35,645 nucleotides of DNA from positions 62,885-98,529 of the forward strand of contig JAYPJE010000009.1 in the NCBI GenBank assembly GCA_038128265.1, given 5' to 3'. The notes under the pieces were generated by a model. The model saw only the letters and a list, made by a program, of their open reading frames with translations. It made no database searches and was not told the origin of the DNA. Source of the DNA: Gemmatimonadota bacterium. GTDB lineage: Bacteria; Latescibacterota; UBA2968; UBA8231. This document shows positions 20,465-28,935 of the stretch, one piece after another (position 1 is the stretch's first letter; every line of letters begins with the position of its first letter). The position numbers and the translations under genes are program-made.

Positions 20465-21205
20465 ATGCACAACCCCATCAAAGAAGCGCTGGCCGCCGGC
20501 CAGCCCTCCATCGGCAGCTGGCTCAACCTCGGTTCGCCGCTGGCCGCCGAAGTCATGGCCGCCGCCGGCTTTAGCTGGCTGTGCGTAGACGCCGAGCACA
20601 CCGCCTACGATATGGAGTCCATCGCCCACACCTTCCGCGCCATCGAGGCGCGCGGCGCCATCCCCCTGGTGCGCGCCTGGGACCACGATCCGGTCACGGC
20701 CGCACGCCTGCTCGACGCGGGCGCCTACGGTATTGTTTTCCCCCACGTTAGCACGCCTCAGCAGGCCGAAACACTGGCCCGCGCCATGCGCTTTCCCCCG
20801 CGCGGCATCCGCTCGGCCGGCACCGGGCGCTGTGCCACCCTAGCTCCCGACTATCGCCAGGTCTTTAACGACGTCGTCCTCTGTATCCCTCAGATTGAAG
20901 ACATGGAGGGCATCGAAAACGCCGAGGCCATCGCCCGCGTCGAGGGCGTCGACATCGGCTTTCTCGGCCCGGGCGACCTAGCCATGTCGATGGGCGTCGA
21001 AGCCGGCCACCCCGATCACGAAGCGGCTCTGCTGCGCTTCTTGGAGGGATGCCAGCGCGCCGGCACGAGCTGCGGCATTCCCACTAAGGACGCGGCCAGC
21101 ACGCGCCGGCGCCTCGAGCAGGGATTCCGCTTTATCGACATCAATAACGACCTGCGCTTTCTCGAGGCAGCGGCTGCACAAATCCTTTCCGATATAAACG
21201 CTTAA
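20465..21205 (+). CDS. HpcH/HpaI class II pyruvate aldolase, copy 1
   Basis: DAEH, PLVR, LLDAGAYGIVFPHV, FPPRGIRS, QIE, FLGPGDL. Confidence 0.93.
   Translation: MHNPIKEALAAGQPSIGSWLNLGSPLAAEVMAAAGFSWLCVDAEHTAYDMESIAHTFRAIEARGAIPLVRAWDHDPVTAARLLDAGAYGIVFPHVSTPQQAETLARAMRFPPRGIRSAGTGRCATLAPDYRQVFNDVVLCIPQIEDMEGIENAEAIARVEGVDIGFLGPGDLAMSMGVEAGHPDHEAALLRFLEGCQRAGTSCGIPTKDAASTRRRLEQGFRFIDINNDLRFLEAAAAQILSDINA
20490..20967 (+). repeat. 478-bp direct repeat, copy 1
   Basis: Identical by my line-by-line reading to 21263-21740 (offset 773). Confidence 0.92.
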
Positions 21206-21237
21206 ATTATTGCACTCTAATAATTTGCGACACATAT

Positions 21238-21999
21238 ATGAATAATTCCATACGCCAGGCATTGGCCGCCGGCCAGCCCTCCATCGGCAGCTGGCTCAAC
21301 CTCGGTTCGCCGCTGGCCGCCGAAGTCATGGCCGCCGCCGGCTTTAGCTGGCTGTGCGTAGACGCCGAGCACACCGCCTACGATATGGAGTCCATCGCCC
21401 ACACCTTCCGCGCCATCGAGGCGCGCGGCGCCATCCCCCTGGTGCGCGCCTGGGACCACGATCCGGTCACGGCCGCACGCCTGCTCGACGCGGGCGCCTA
21501 CGGTATTGTTTTCCCCCACGTTAGCACGCCTCAGCAGGCCGAAACACTGGCCCGCGCCATGCGCTTTCCCCCGCGCGGCATCCGCTCGGCCGGCACCGGG
21601 CGCTGTGCCACCCTAGCTCCCGACTATCGCCAGGTCTTTAACGACGTCGTCCTCTGTATCCCTCAGATTGAAGACATGGAGGGCATCGAAAACGCCGAGG
21701 CCATCGCCCGCGTCGAGGGCGTCGACATCGGCTTTCTCGGACCCAACGATCTATCGCTGTCGATGGGCGTCGAGCCCGGGCATCCCGACCACGAAGCAGC
21801 CCTACAGTCCGTTCTGCAAGCCTTTGACGGCGCCGACAAACCCTGTGGCCTGTCCGTGCGCGGCGCGGCCAACGTCCGCCAGCGCCTCCAACAGGGGTTT
21901 CGCTTTGTCGACGCCGCCAGCGATCTGCGCAGCTTAGAGGGGTGGGCCACGGCCACGTTGCACGCCATCAACGCGCACGCATGGACTGCCTCGCAATGA
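21238..21999 (+). CDS. HpcH/HpaI class II pyruvate aldolase, copy 2
   Basis: Same motifs as copy 1 but FLGPNDL and a divergent C-terminus. Confidence 0.92.
   Translation: MNNSIRQALAAGQPSIGSWLNLGSPLAAEVMAAAGFSWLCVDAEHTAYDMESIAHTFRAIEARGAIPLVRAWDHDPVTAARLLDAGAYGIVFPHVSTPQQAETLARAMRFPPRGIRSAGTGRCATLAPDYRQVFNDVVLCIPQIEDMEGIENAEAIARVEGVDIGFLGPNDLSLSMGVEPGHPDHEAALQSVLQAFDGADKPCGLSVRGAANVRQRLQQGFRFVDAASDLRSLEGWATATLHAINAHAWTASQ
21263..21740 (+). repeat. 478-bp direct repeat, copy 2
   Basis: Identical to 20490-20967. Confidence 0.92.
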
Positions 22000-22880
22000 A
22001 CATTCTCAATTTCGGCTCGCTAAATATCGACCTGGTCTACAGCGTCCCACATATCGCCCAACCCGGGGAAACGATCTCGAGCACACAGCACTGCGTCTTT
22101 GCCGGGGGCAAGGGGGCGAATCAGTCGGCTGCCCTAGCGCGAGCCGGCGCCGCTGTATACCATGCCGGGCAGGTCGGGCAGGACGGCGCTTGGCTAGTGG
22201 AAAAATTGCAGGGATTGGGCGTCGATATGCAGTGGACCCAGGTGACGAGCGAGCCCACCGGACACGCCCTAATCCAAGTTGCCGAAAGCGGTGAAAATAG
22301 CATCGTCCTATTTCCCGGCGCCAACACAACGCTGCAACGGCCCCATATAGATCGCGCCATAGGCCATTTTAAAAAGGGCGATATACTTCTCTTACAGAAC
22401 GAGATAAACGATATACCTTACATCATTGGGCAGGCAGCTCAGCGCGGCATGCGGATAGCCTTTAATCCCGCCCCCTTCCATGCCGATATTCTGACCTACG
22501 ACCTCGAACAGGTCGAATGGCTTCTGCTCAACGAGACGGAAGCGGCCGGCCTGCTGTCAGCAACGCTCATGCCCGATGCGACGCTAGCCGCACTCGCTCA
22601 GCGCTATCCCCACGCGCACCTCGTCCTCACGCTGGGTGCGGGCGGCGTTCGTCTTTGTTCTCCCGAGGCAACCTATGCCGTACCGGCACGCACCGTACAC
22701 GCGGTCGATACCACCGGAGCCGGCGACACCTTCATAGGCTATTTCCTCGCGGCCCTCACCGCCGGCCACGACGCGCTAACCGCGCTCCAGCACGGCGTGC
22801 ACGCAGCGGCCCTGTGCGTGACTAAATCGGGTGCAATGGATTCTATACCAACCTTAGAAGAAGTCCGTAAAATACTGTAG
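21996..22880 (+). CDS. Ribokinase/PfkB family sugar kinase
   Basis: GSLNIDL, GGKGANQS, LLQNE, LNETE, DTTGAGDTFIG; ATGA overlap with the upstream stop. Confidence 0.92.
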   Translation: MNILNFGSLNIDLVYSVPHIAQPGETISSTQHCVFAGGKGANQSAALARAGAAVYHAGQVGQDGAWLVEKLQGLGVDMQWTQVTSEPTGHALIQVAESGENSIVLFPGANTTLQRPHIDRAIGHFKKGDILLLQNEINDIPYIIGQAAQRGMRIAFNPAPFHADILTYDLEQVEWLLLNETEAAGLLSATLMPDATLAALAQRYPHAHLVLTLGAGGVRLCSPEATYAVPARTVHAVDTTGAGDTFIGYFLAALTAGHDALTALQHGVHAAALCVTKSGAMDSIPTLEEVRKIL

Positions 22881-22895
22881 GAGAAAGGAATCGAA

Positions 22896-23885
22896 ATGTC
22901 TAATAAAATTCTTATCACCGCCCAGTTCCACAACGATGAGTTTGCCTCGAGCGAACGACAGCAGGGCATGGAGCAGCTCGCGCAATACGGCGAACTCGTC
23001 CCGGAGAAAGAGGTGCTCAACGCCGAAGATGCCGAAGGCGTCGTCGCCTCCGTAGCCAGTTCCTCTCTCTACACGGATGCGTTCTATGAGGCCGCCAGCG
23101 ATCTCCGCATCATTGCGCGTTGGGGAGTGGGCTTCGATAAGGTCAATGTCCCCGCCGCCACGCGGCACGGCGTGCTCATCACGGTGACGCCCGTGCATAT
23201 GGACACCGTGGCCGAATACACCATTGCCCAGTGGATGGCTACGCTCAAACGCGTCTACACGCTCAACCGGCTGTCGCATGGGGGCGATTTCTCCATTATA
23301 CGCACCTACGAGGCACAGGGCTCTACGCTGGGACTCTACGGCTGCGGTCGCATCGGCCAGGAAGTCGCACAGCGCGCCCGTCCCCTGCTTGGCGATGGGG
23401 GGCGTCTGTTAATCTACGACTCGCGCCCCGACATCGGTGAGATTGCTGCGCGCTTTGGCGCCGAGGCCGTCGATTCCCCGCGCGCCCTATTTGAACAATG
23501 CGATACCGTTAGCCTGCATGTATCGGGCGACGAAACGATCGTCGATTACGATCTGCTGTCGGCTATGCAGCCGCACGCATCGCTCATCAATCCCTCGCGC
23601 GGCAACTTGGTCGACGACGGGGCCGTCAATCGCGCCATCGGCGAGGATAAGCTCTACTACTACGTGGTCGACGACCCGGTAAACGGCCCGCGCGCGATCC
23701 ACAAGGACCACCCCCGCATCATCTGCACCAACCACAACGCCGGCATCTCCGTCGAATCGACGATTCGCCTCGACCAGAAGACCATCGAGCAGGTGACCGA
23801 TACGCTGGAGCACCGCCGACCCGATTTTATCCTCAATGAGGAAGTGCTGGAACACCCCCGGGTCAAAGAGTGGCTAAATACATGA
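22896..23885 (+). CDS. D-isomer-specific 2-hydroxyacid dehydrogenase family protein
   Basis: ARWGVGFDKV, VAEYT, GCGRIG, VSLHV, INPSRG, NHNAG. Confidence 0.88.
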   Translation: MSNKILITAQFHNDEFASSERQQGMEQLAQYGELVPEKEVLNAEDAEGVVASVASSSLYTDAFYEAASDLRIIARWGVGFDKVNVPAATRHGVLITVTPVHMDTVAEYTIAQWMATLKRVYTLNRLSHGGDFSIIRTYEAQGSTLGLYGCGRIGQEVAQRARPLLGDGGRLLIYDSRPDIGEIAARFGAEAVDSPRALFEQCDTVSLHVSGDETIVDYDLLSAMQPHASLINPSRGNLVDDGAVNRAIGEDKLYYYVVDDPVNGPRAIHKDHPRIICTNHNAGISVESTIRLDQKTIEQVTDTLEHRRPDFILNEEVLEHPRVKEWLNT

Positions 23886-25015
23886 AAATAAGCCGTTTAG
23901 AAAGTATCCCACTCAGCAATAGAGGCATGCTGCTGCGCGTCGAAACCGACGAGGGGCTCGTCGGCCTGGGGTCGCCGATGAACTACGAGCACGGACGCAC
24001 CGTCGCCCGCGCCATCGAGGACATGGGCGAATACCTCATCGGCCGCGATCCGCTGCAAATCGAAGACCACTGGCAGGCGCTCTTTCGCTCTTCCTATTCG
24101 CGCCAGATGCCCATCCTCCTCTCGGCGCTCAGCGGTATTGAAATGGCCTGCTGGGACCTACTGGGCAAGCACGTCGGACTCCCGGTTTGGAAGCTACTTG
24201 GCGGCTCCGTGCGCGATGCCATTCGCGTCTACGGCGGCGCGGGAGGCGCCACCCCCGAACAGGCTGCCGCCAGCGCCTGTCGCAGCGTAGAAGCCGGATT
24301 TACCGCCGTGAAGACTACGCCCTTTCCCGCGGCCGTGCGCCCCATCGAAACACCAGCCGGCATCGATCGCGTTGTGGCCCACATCGCCGCCATCCGCGAG
24401 GCCATTGGCGACTCGATCGATTTAGCCATCGACTTTCATCGCGCGACGAGTCCACCCTTTGCCAAAATGCTGCTGCGCGAGTTGGAACCGTTTCGACCGC
24501 TTTTTGTAGAAGAGCCTACCAAAGCCATGCCCGACAACATCGGCCCGCTGCGCGAACTCGCCCAGTCGACCTGTATCCCCATCGCAACCGGTGAGCGCTG
24601 CACCACGCGCTGGGGGTTCCGCGAGATTTGCGAAACCAAGGCCGCGGCCATCATCCAGCCGGATATTCGCCACTGCGGTGGCATCCGCGAGATGCGCCAT
24701 ATCGCCGCGCTGGCCGAGGTGCACGAAATACTCGTGGCGCCGCACAGCGCCGCCGATCCGCTCGGCATAGTCGCCGCCGTGCACGCGATGGCGCCGACGC
24801 CGAACTTCTTGCTCATGGAGTTTGGAGGGGGCGAAGGAGAAGACTTTTTCGTCGAACCACTGCGCATGATCGACGGCTTTGTGCAGCTGCCTCAAGGACC
24901 CGGTTTGGGCGTAGAAATTGACCCCGATGGCCTCGAGCGGATGCGGCAAAGCGGTGCGTGGCGACAGCGCACGATGCGCCGGCACCCCGAGGACGGCAAT
25001 TTTTCCGATTTCTAG
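23882..25015 (+). CDS. Mandelate racemase/enolase-superfamily acid-sugar dehydratase (galactonate dehydratase-like)
   Basis: ETDEGLVGLG, SGIEMACWDLLGK, metal ligands DFH / FVEEP / TGER, QPD..HCGG, APH, GPGLG; ATGA overlap at 23882. Confidence 0.9.
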   Translation: MKISRLESIPLSNRGMLLRVETDEGLVGLGSPMNYEHGRTVARAIEDMGEYLIGRDPLQIEDHWQALFRSSYSRQMPILLSALSGIEMACWDLLGKHVGLPVWKLLGGSVRDAIRVYGGAGGATPEQAAASACRSVEAGFTAVKTTPFPAAVRPIETPAGIDRVVAHIAAIREAIGDSIDLAIDFHRATSPPFAKMLLRELEPFRPLFVEEPTKAMPDNIGPLRELAQSTCIPIATGERCTTRWGFREICETKAAAIIQPDIRHCGGIREMRHIAALAEVHEILVAPHSAADPLGIVAAVHAMAPTPNFLLMEFGGGEGEDFFVEPLRMIDGFVQLPQGPGLGVEIDPDGLERMRQSGAWRQRTMRRHPEDGNFSDF

Positions 25016-27681
25016 GCCGCTAGGGCCTGTTCAACAGCGTTCCTGAATTCGCTTACGGTGTAGGGCTTGTTTAGGCAGGCGACAAAGCCTAGGGCACGGA
25101 AGTTGGCCATATCTGGACTCTGCACATATCCAGTGGATAAAACGATCCGCGCCTGCGGATTGATCTGCTGGATTTTCCTGGCCATATCGATGCCCCCTTT
25201 TCCACCTGGTATGGTCATGTCGAGGATGGCCACGTCAAAAGGACTCCCTGCGCTCCAAGCGCTCTGATAGCGCAAGAGCAATTGTTCCTCGGACGTCGTA
25301 GCCGATATAGAGTAGCCCAGCTCCTCATGCGCGCGCATTACCGCCGCACACAGCTGCTCGTCGTCGTCGAGTAGCAGAACGCGGGCGCTCCGGGCGCTCA
25401 CGCCCGCATAGTCGGCGGACGCGCGCTCTACGCCGGATGAACCCGTTCCTTTTGGCAGATAAAAGCGAAATTCCGCCCCCTCTCCCACATTCGAGTCAGC
25501 GGTCAACACGCCTCCATGCCTATTGACGATAGCATAACTCGAAGAAAGCCCTAAGCCGTTCCCATCGCCTTTGGTAGTAAAGTAGGGGTCGAAAATGTGA
25601 TTGATGTCTTCTCTTTTAATACCCATACCCGTGTCGCACACCGAACACATAACATAAGAGCCCTTGTGCAACAACCTTTCTGTTTTCTCGTCGCTTTCGA
25701 TATTGCGCATTACTACGGAGATCGTTCCTCCGTTGGGCATGGCCTGCTGTGCGTTTAATATCAGGTTATGGACAACCTGGGCAATCTGATTCGCATCGAC
25801 GTCAACCGACCACAGATCGGTCTCCGCATCCACGGTGAGTTGTATATTGGAACCTCGTAGGGCAAAAACAGACGCCTCGCGCACGATTTCCGGCAGTGCG
25901 GCTCGCTTGCGCACCAATTCCCTTTTGCGCATAAAAACCATCAATTGGTCCGTCAAATCACGGGCTCGCAATAGTGCTTTTTCCATATCGTCAGCGATTG
26001 CCCCACGCTGGCCCTCATCCAATCCCATCTTTAGCAGCGAAGTATTAACTGAGATTGATGAAAGCATATTGTTAAAGTCGTGTGCAATACCGCCAGCCAG
26101 TTGACCGAGCGATTCAATGCGCTCTACGCGCAGTTGCTCCTCTTCCCGCGCCCGTTCCGCTGTGATGTCGCGCACGACAAACACGGCTCCATCAACAAGA
26201 CCGTCCTCTGTGCGAATGGACGCACCGTCCAAGCGCCACCTCCGACGGCTCTCCTCTCCTCCCCCGTGCACGAGTTCGGTGGTTGCACGCTGTCCATCGG
26301 ACAGTACGCCATCCACCAGCCCGACAAGCGAACGATGTCCGTCTTCGTCCACCTGTAGTACATCTAACAAGGGCAGACCAACACCGCCGTCATCAACTGC
26401 AGTTAGTCGGCCGAATCGATCATTGCTCGAGACAATGGTCCCCATCCGATCGGTTGCTACGACCCCATCGCCTATATTCTCCAGCGTAATTGCAAGCCGT
26501 TGCCTCTGTTCCGAGAGCGCAGCGTATAGCGCAGCATGCTCCAAGGCCAGTGCAAGCATATCAAATAGGGGTTGCAGCATGGTGATGCGATCGAGCACCC
26601 CTTCTTTTTCTCCTGTCGGACACCCTGTAGCCAGCACGGCTACGACTTCGCTGCCCTTTTTTATTGGGATAAAGAAGGAAGTCCGGCCCTGGCGTGCACT
26701 CGGTGAATCAATGCGCTTGTCATAGCGCGGATCCCACTCGTCGAGCACAGCCATTTCTCCACTACGCGCAACTTCTGCCGTTATATTTGCATCCCCTATG
26801 TCATAGGAAAGACCCAGCACTTTTGTCACGTTCTCAGCTACATACTCACCGTTTTTTAAGGTGCTCAGTACGCTGCGCACGACGTCGATACATCCTCTTC
26901 TCGCGTCGACAACGGCCACCATTAAACTGGAAAAAAAGCCCGCTGCAACGACTTCTCGCACCAAACTGTCTAGTATCTCATCGCGATCCAATGACGATAG
27001 GAGCGAATGCTCGACCTGCTGCAGTGCAGCTACCAGGCGATCCCGCTGCTGCAAGACCTGATGCCGCCTTTCCAATGCCCGGTGAATACGCGCGTGCTCT
27101 AGTGCAAGTGCCACCTGTTTGAACAGGGGCTGCATTAACTCGATCCGCCGGATCATTTCCTCCTGCCCCTCGGGTTGACTACCCGTTGACAGCACGGCCG
27201 CGACGCGCCCACCACAGCGCAGAGGGATGAAATATCCAATTTTTACTTTGCGCGATACTCCGGGCTCTTCAATAAATCCCTGCGTCACGACGCCGCCACT
27301 GAGTGCTGCACGAACCGTGAAGTCATCCGTATCTGCGAGGGCGATCCTAAGCCCGTCCAGTCGCTCTAAAAATGGATCTGCTTTATCTGACTCCTCGACG
27401 TAGATGGCCCCTTTACTAAGGTCGGGGTTGATTTTTCCACTGCGATCAACGGCCAAATAATTCCCTACAATTTCTGCGTAGCCATCTTCCCAGTTTACCA
27501 GCGCAATCGTCAGGCTCCGAAAGATACCGGCACGCAGCACCTCATCCGCTAGCACTTGGATCAATACGCGCCAGTCAAGCGACGCCATGAGCACGTCCTC
27601 TATTCGCCCGACGGCCTCTTTCAACCGTTTGTCCGACAGCGGATATTTTATATCCGTGCGCCCGCTCAGGCTATCATACAT
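25012..27681 (-). CDS. Cytoplasmic hybrid histidine kinase: 2x GAF-like, PAS, HisKA, HATPase, REC
   Basis: H-box LAGGIAHDFNNML, N-box NLILNAQQAM, DTGMGI, FDPYFTTK, GNGLGL; receiver LLDDD..ILDM..STGY..KPY. Confidence 0.92.
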   Translation of the reverse strand: MYDSLSGRTDIKYPLSDKRLKEAVGRIEDVLMASLDWRVLIQVLADEVLRAGIFRSLTIALVNWEDGYAEIVGNYLAVDRSGKINPDLSKGAIYVEESDKADPFLERLDGLRIALADTDDFTVRAALSGGVVTQGFIEEPGVSRKVKIGYFIPLRCGGRVAAVLSTGSQPEGQEEMIRRIELMQPLFKQVALALEHARIHRALERRHQVLQQRDRLVAALQQVEHSLLSSLDRDEILDSLVREVVAAGFFSSLMVAVVDARRGCIDVVRSVLSTLKNGEYVAENVTKVLGLSYDIGDANITAEVARSGEMAVLDEWDPRYDKRIDSPSARQGRTSFFIPIKKGSEVVAVLATGCPTGEKEGVLDRITMLQPLFDMLALALEHAALYAALSEQRQRLAITLENIGDGVVATDRMGTIVSSNDRFGRLTAVDDGGVGLPLLDVLQVDEDGHRSLVGLVDGVLSDGQRATTELVHGGGEESRRRWRLDGASIRTEDGLVDGAVFVVRDITAERAREEEQLRVERIESLGQLAGGIAHDFNNMLSSISVNTSLLKMGLDEGQRGAIADDMEKALLRARDLTDQLMVFMRKRELVRKRAALPEIVREASVFALRGSNIQLTVDAETDLWSVDVDANQIAQVVHNLILNAQQAMPNGGTISVVMRNIESDEKTERLLHKGSYVMCSVCDTGMGIKREDINHIFDPYFTTKGDGNGLGLSSSYAIVNRHGGVLTADSNVGEGAEFRFYLPKGTGSSGVERASADYAGVSARSARVLLLDDDEQLCAAVMRAHEELGYSISATTSEEQLLLRYQSAWSAGSPFDVAILDMTIPGGKGGIDMARKIQQINPQARIVLSTGYVQSPDMANFRALGFVACLNKPYTVSEFRNAVEQALAA

Positions 27682-28825
27682 CCGTCATCTCTCCGTCTTC
27701 GAAGTCTTCCTCACAGCGAATCACTCTATATTCCAGCCATATGCGCTCAACCCAATTGCGCAATTCACCCACGTTGCCCGACCATTCGCCATCAGATGGA
27801 AGCAGGCGCATACACGCGTCGATATCGAGCGAGGGACCATGTGTGGAAAGGCTAGACAGAAACGATCTACATAGGGGTTCGATATCCTCGACTCGTTCGC
27901 GCAGGGGGGGTATAAAGAAGCTATTTGCTCCCAGGCGCTGCAGGAGTTCGGGTAACATAGCCCCCCCGTTATCCAATGGTGCAAGATGCGCCGTGCTCGT
28001 CGCCATGATGCGCACGTCCACGCGCCGTTGATTTCCCGCTCGCCCTATGCACCGATTGTCGATAAAGTCGAGCAATGCGCGCTGGAATTCCTCGCCTAAA
28101 CATCCCACTTCTTCAAAGACAATTGATCCACCATCGGCCAATTCGCACCGACTGACCCTTTGGCTAGCCGGATTTCCAAAGATTTCGTCGGGCGCTCTAC
28201 CCTCAACTGCAATCTGATAGCAGGAGACGGAAATCAATGGACGGGTATGGGGCTGCACCTGCTCGTGTATGTAGCGCGTCAAAGCCGTCTTACCGCTGCC
28301 TATTTCGCCACAGACCAGCGCGCTAAGAGCGCGATTTTCTCCAAGCGCGTGCGCTCGAGCGGCAATGGCCTGCATAGACGCGCTGGCATAGACAAACTCG
28401 CCGCCTGCGTCCCCTACCCCCTGTGAGGAACGCAGCGTTGCAACTTCTGCGCGCAGCGATATAACCTCCAGCACTCGGTCTATGATCGAGGCAATCTGTC
28501 CGATGTCAAAGGGCTTTTGTACAAATTCCCTCGCCCCCATCTTCATCGCCTCAACGGCACTATCAACCGTTCCGTAGCCGGACATGACGACAACCGGCAG
28601 TTCGGGGTATATTGTACGTATGCGCTCGAGTAGCTCCAGGCCATTGAAGTATTCGTCGCTCAGGAACAGATCGAGCAGGACCATATCGGGCTTAAACGAT
28701 ATGATTTCTTCTAAACCCCGCACACCGTCAGCCGCGACGACCGCTTGGTGTCCGAGCAACTCCAACCCGCGGCGGAGCGTTTCGCGCATTAGCGCTTCGT
28801 CTTCCACGATGAGAATATGGGCCAT
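27674..28825 (-). CDS. Atypical NtrC-family response regulator (REC + degenerate AAA+, no HTH)
   Basis: REC ILIVEDE..LLD..MSGYG..KPF; Walker A GEIGSGKT; VDVRIMATS, IPPLRERVEDI, WSGNVGELRN. Confidence 0.88.
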   Translation of the reverse strand: MAHILIVEDEALMRETLRRGLELLGHQAVVAADGVRGLEEIISFKPDMVLLDLFLSDEYFNGLELLERIRTIYPELPVVVMSGYGTVDSAVEAMKMGAREFVQKPFDIGQIASIIDRVLEVISLRAEVATLRSSQGVGDAGGEFVYASASMQAIAARAHALGENRALSALVCGEIGSGKTALTRYIHEQVQPHTRPLISVSCYQIAVEGRAPDEIFGNPASQRVSRCELADGGSIVFEEVGCLGEEFQRALLDFIDNRCIGRAGNQRRVDVRIMATSTAHLAPLDNGGAMLPELLQRLGANSFFIPPLRERVEDIEPLCRSFLSSLSTHGPSLDIDACMRLLPSDGEWSGNVGELRNWVERIWLEYRVIRCEEDFEDGEMTDV

Positions 28826-28935
28826 GGTCTCGTACTATACGTCTTTACGGTGTGGCAAACAAGTCGAGCTATTGATTGACGTACAGAGCGGCCATCCTTA
28901 TCTAAGACGCAAACCCAAACGAGGCCAGCGTGTAA

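Noticed and set aside
19841..21519. Duplicated minus-strand ORFs beginning MGENNTVG
   Set aside because: Antisense shadows of the duplicated aldolase block.
20490..21740. Diversity-generating retroelement TR/VR pair or IS-related repeat
   Set aside because: No reverse transcriptase or transposase, both copies are in intact ORFs, and differences are not adenine-specific.
27674..28825. The NtrC-like gene as the activator of the groESL sigma54 promoter
   Set aside because: It lacks GAFTGA and a DNA-binding domain, so it should not activate sigma54; the activator must be encoded elsewhere.
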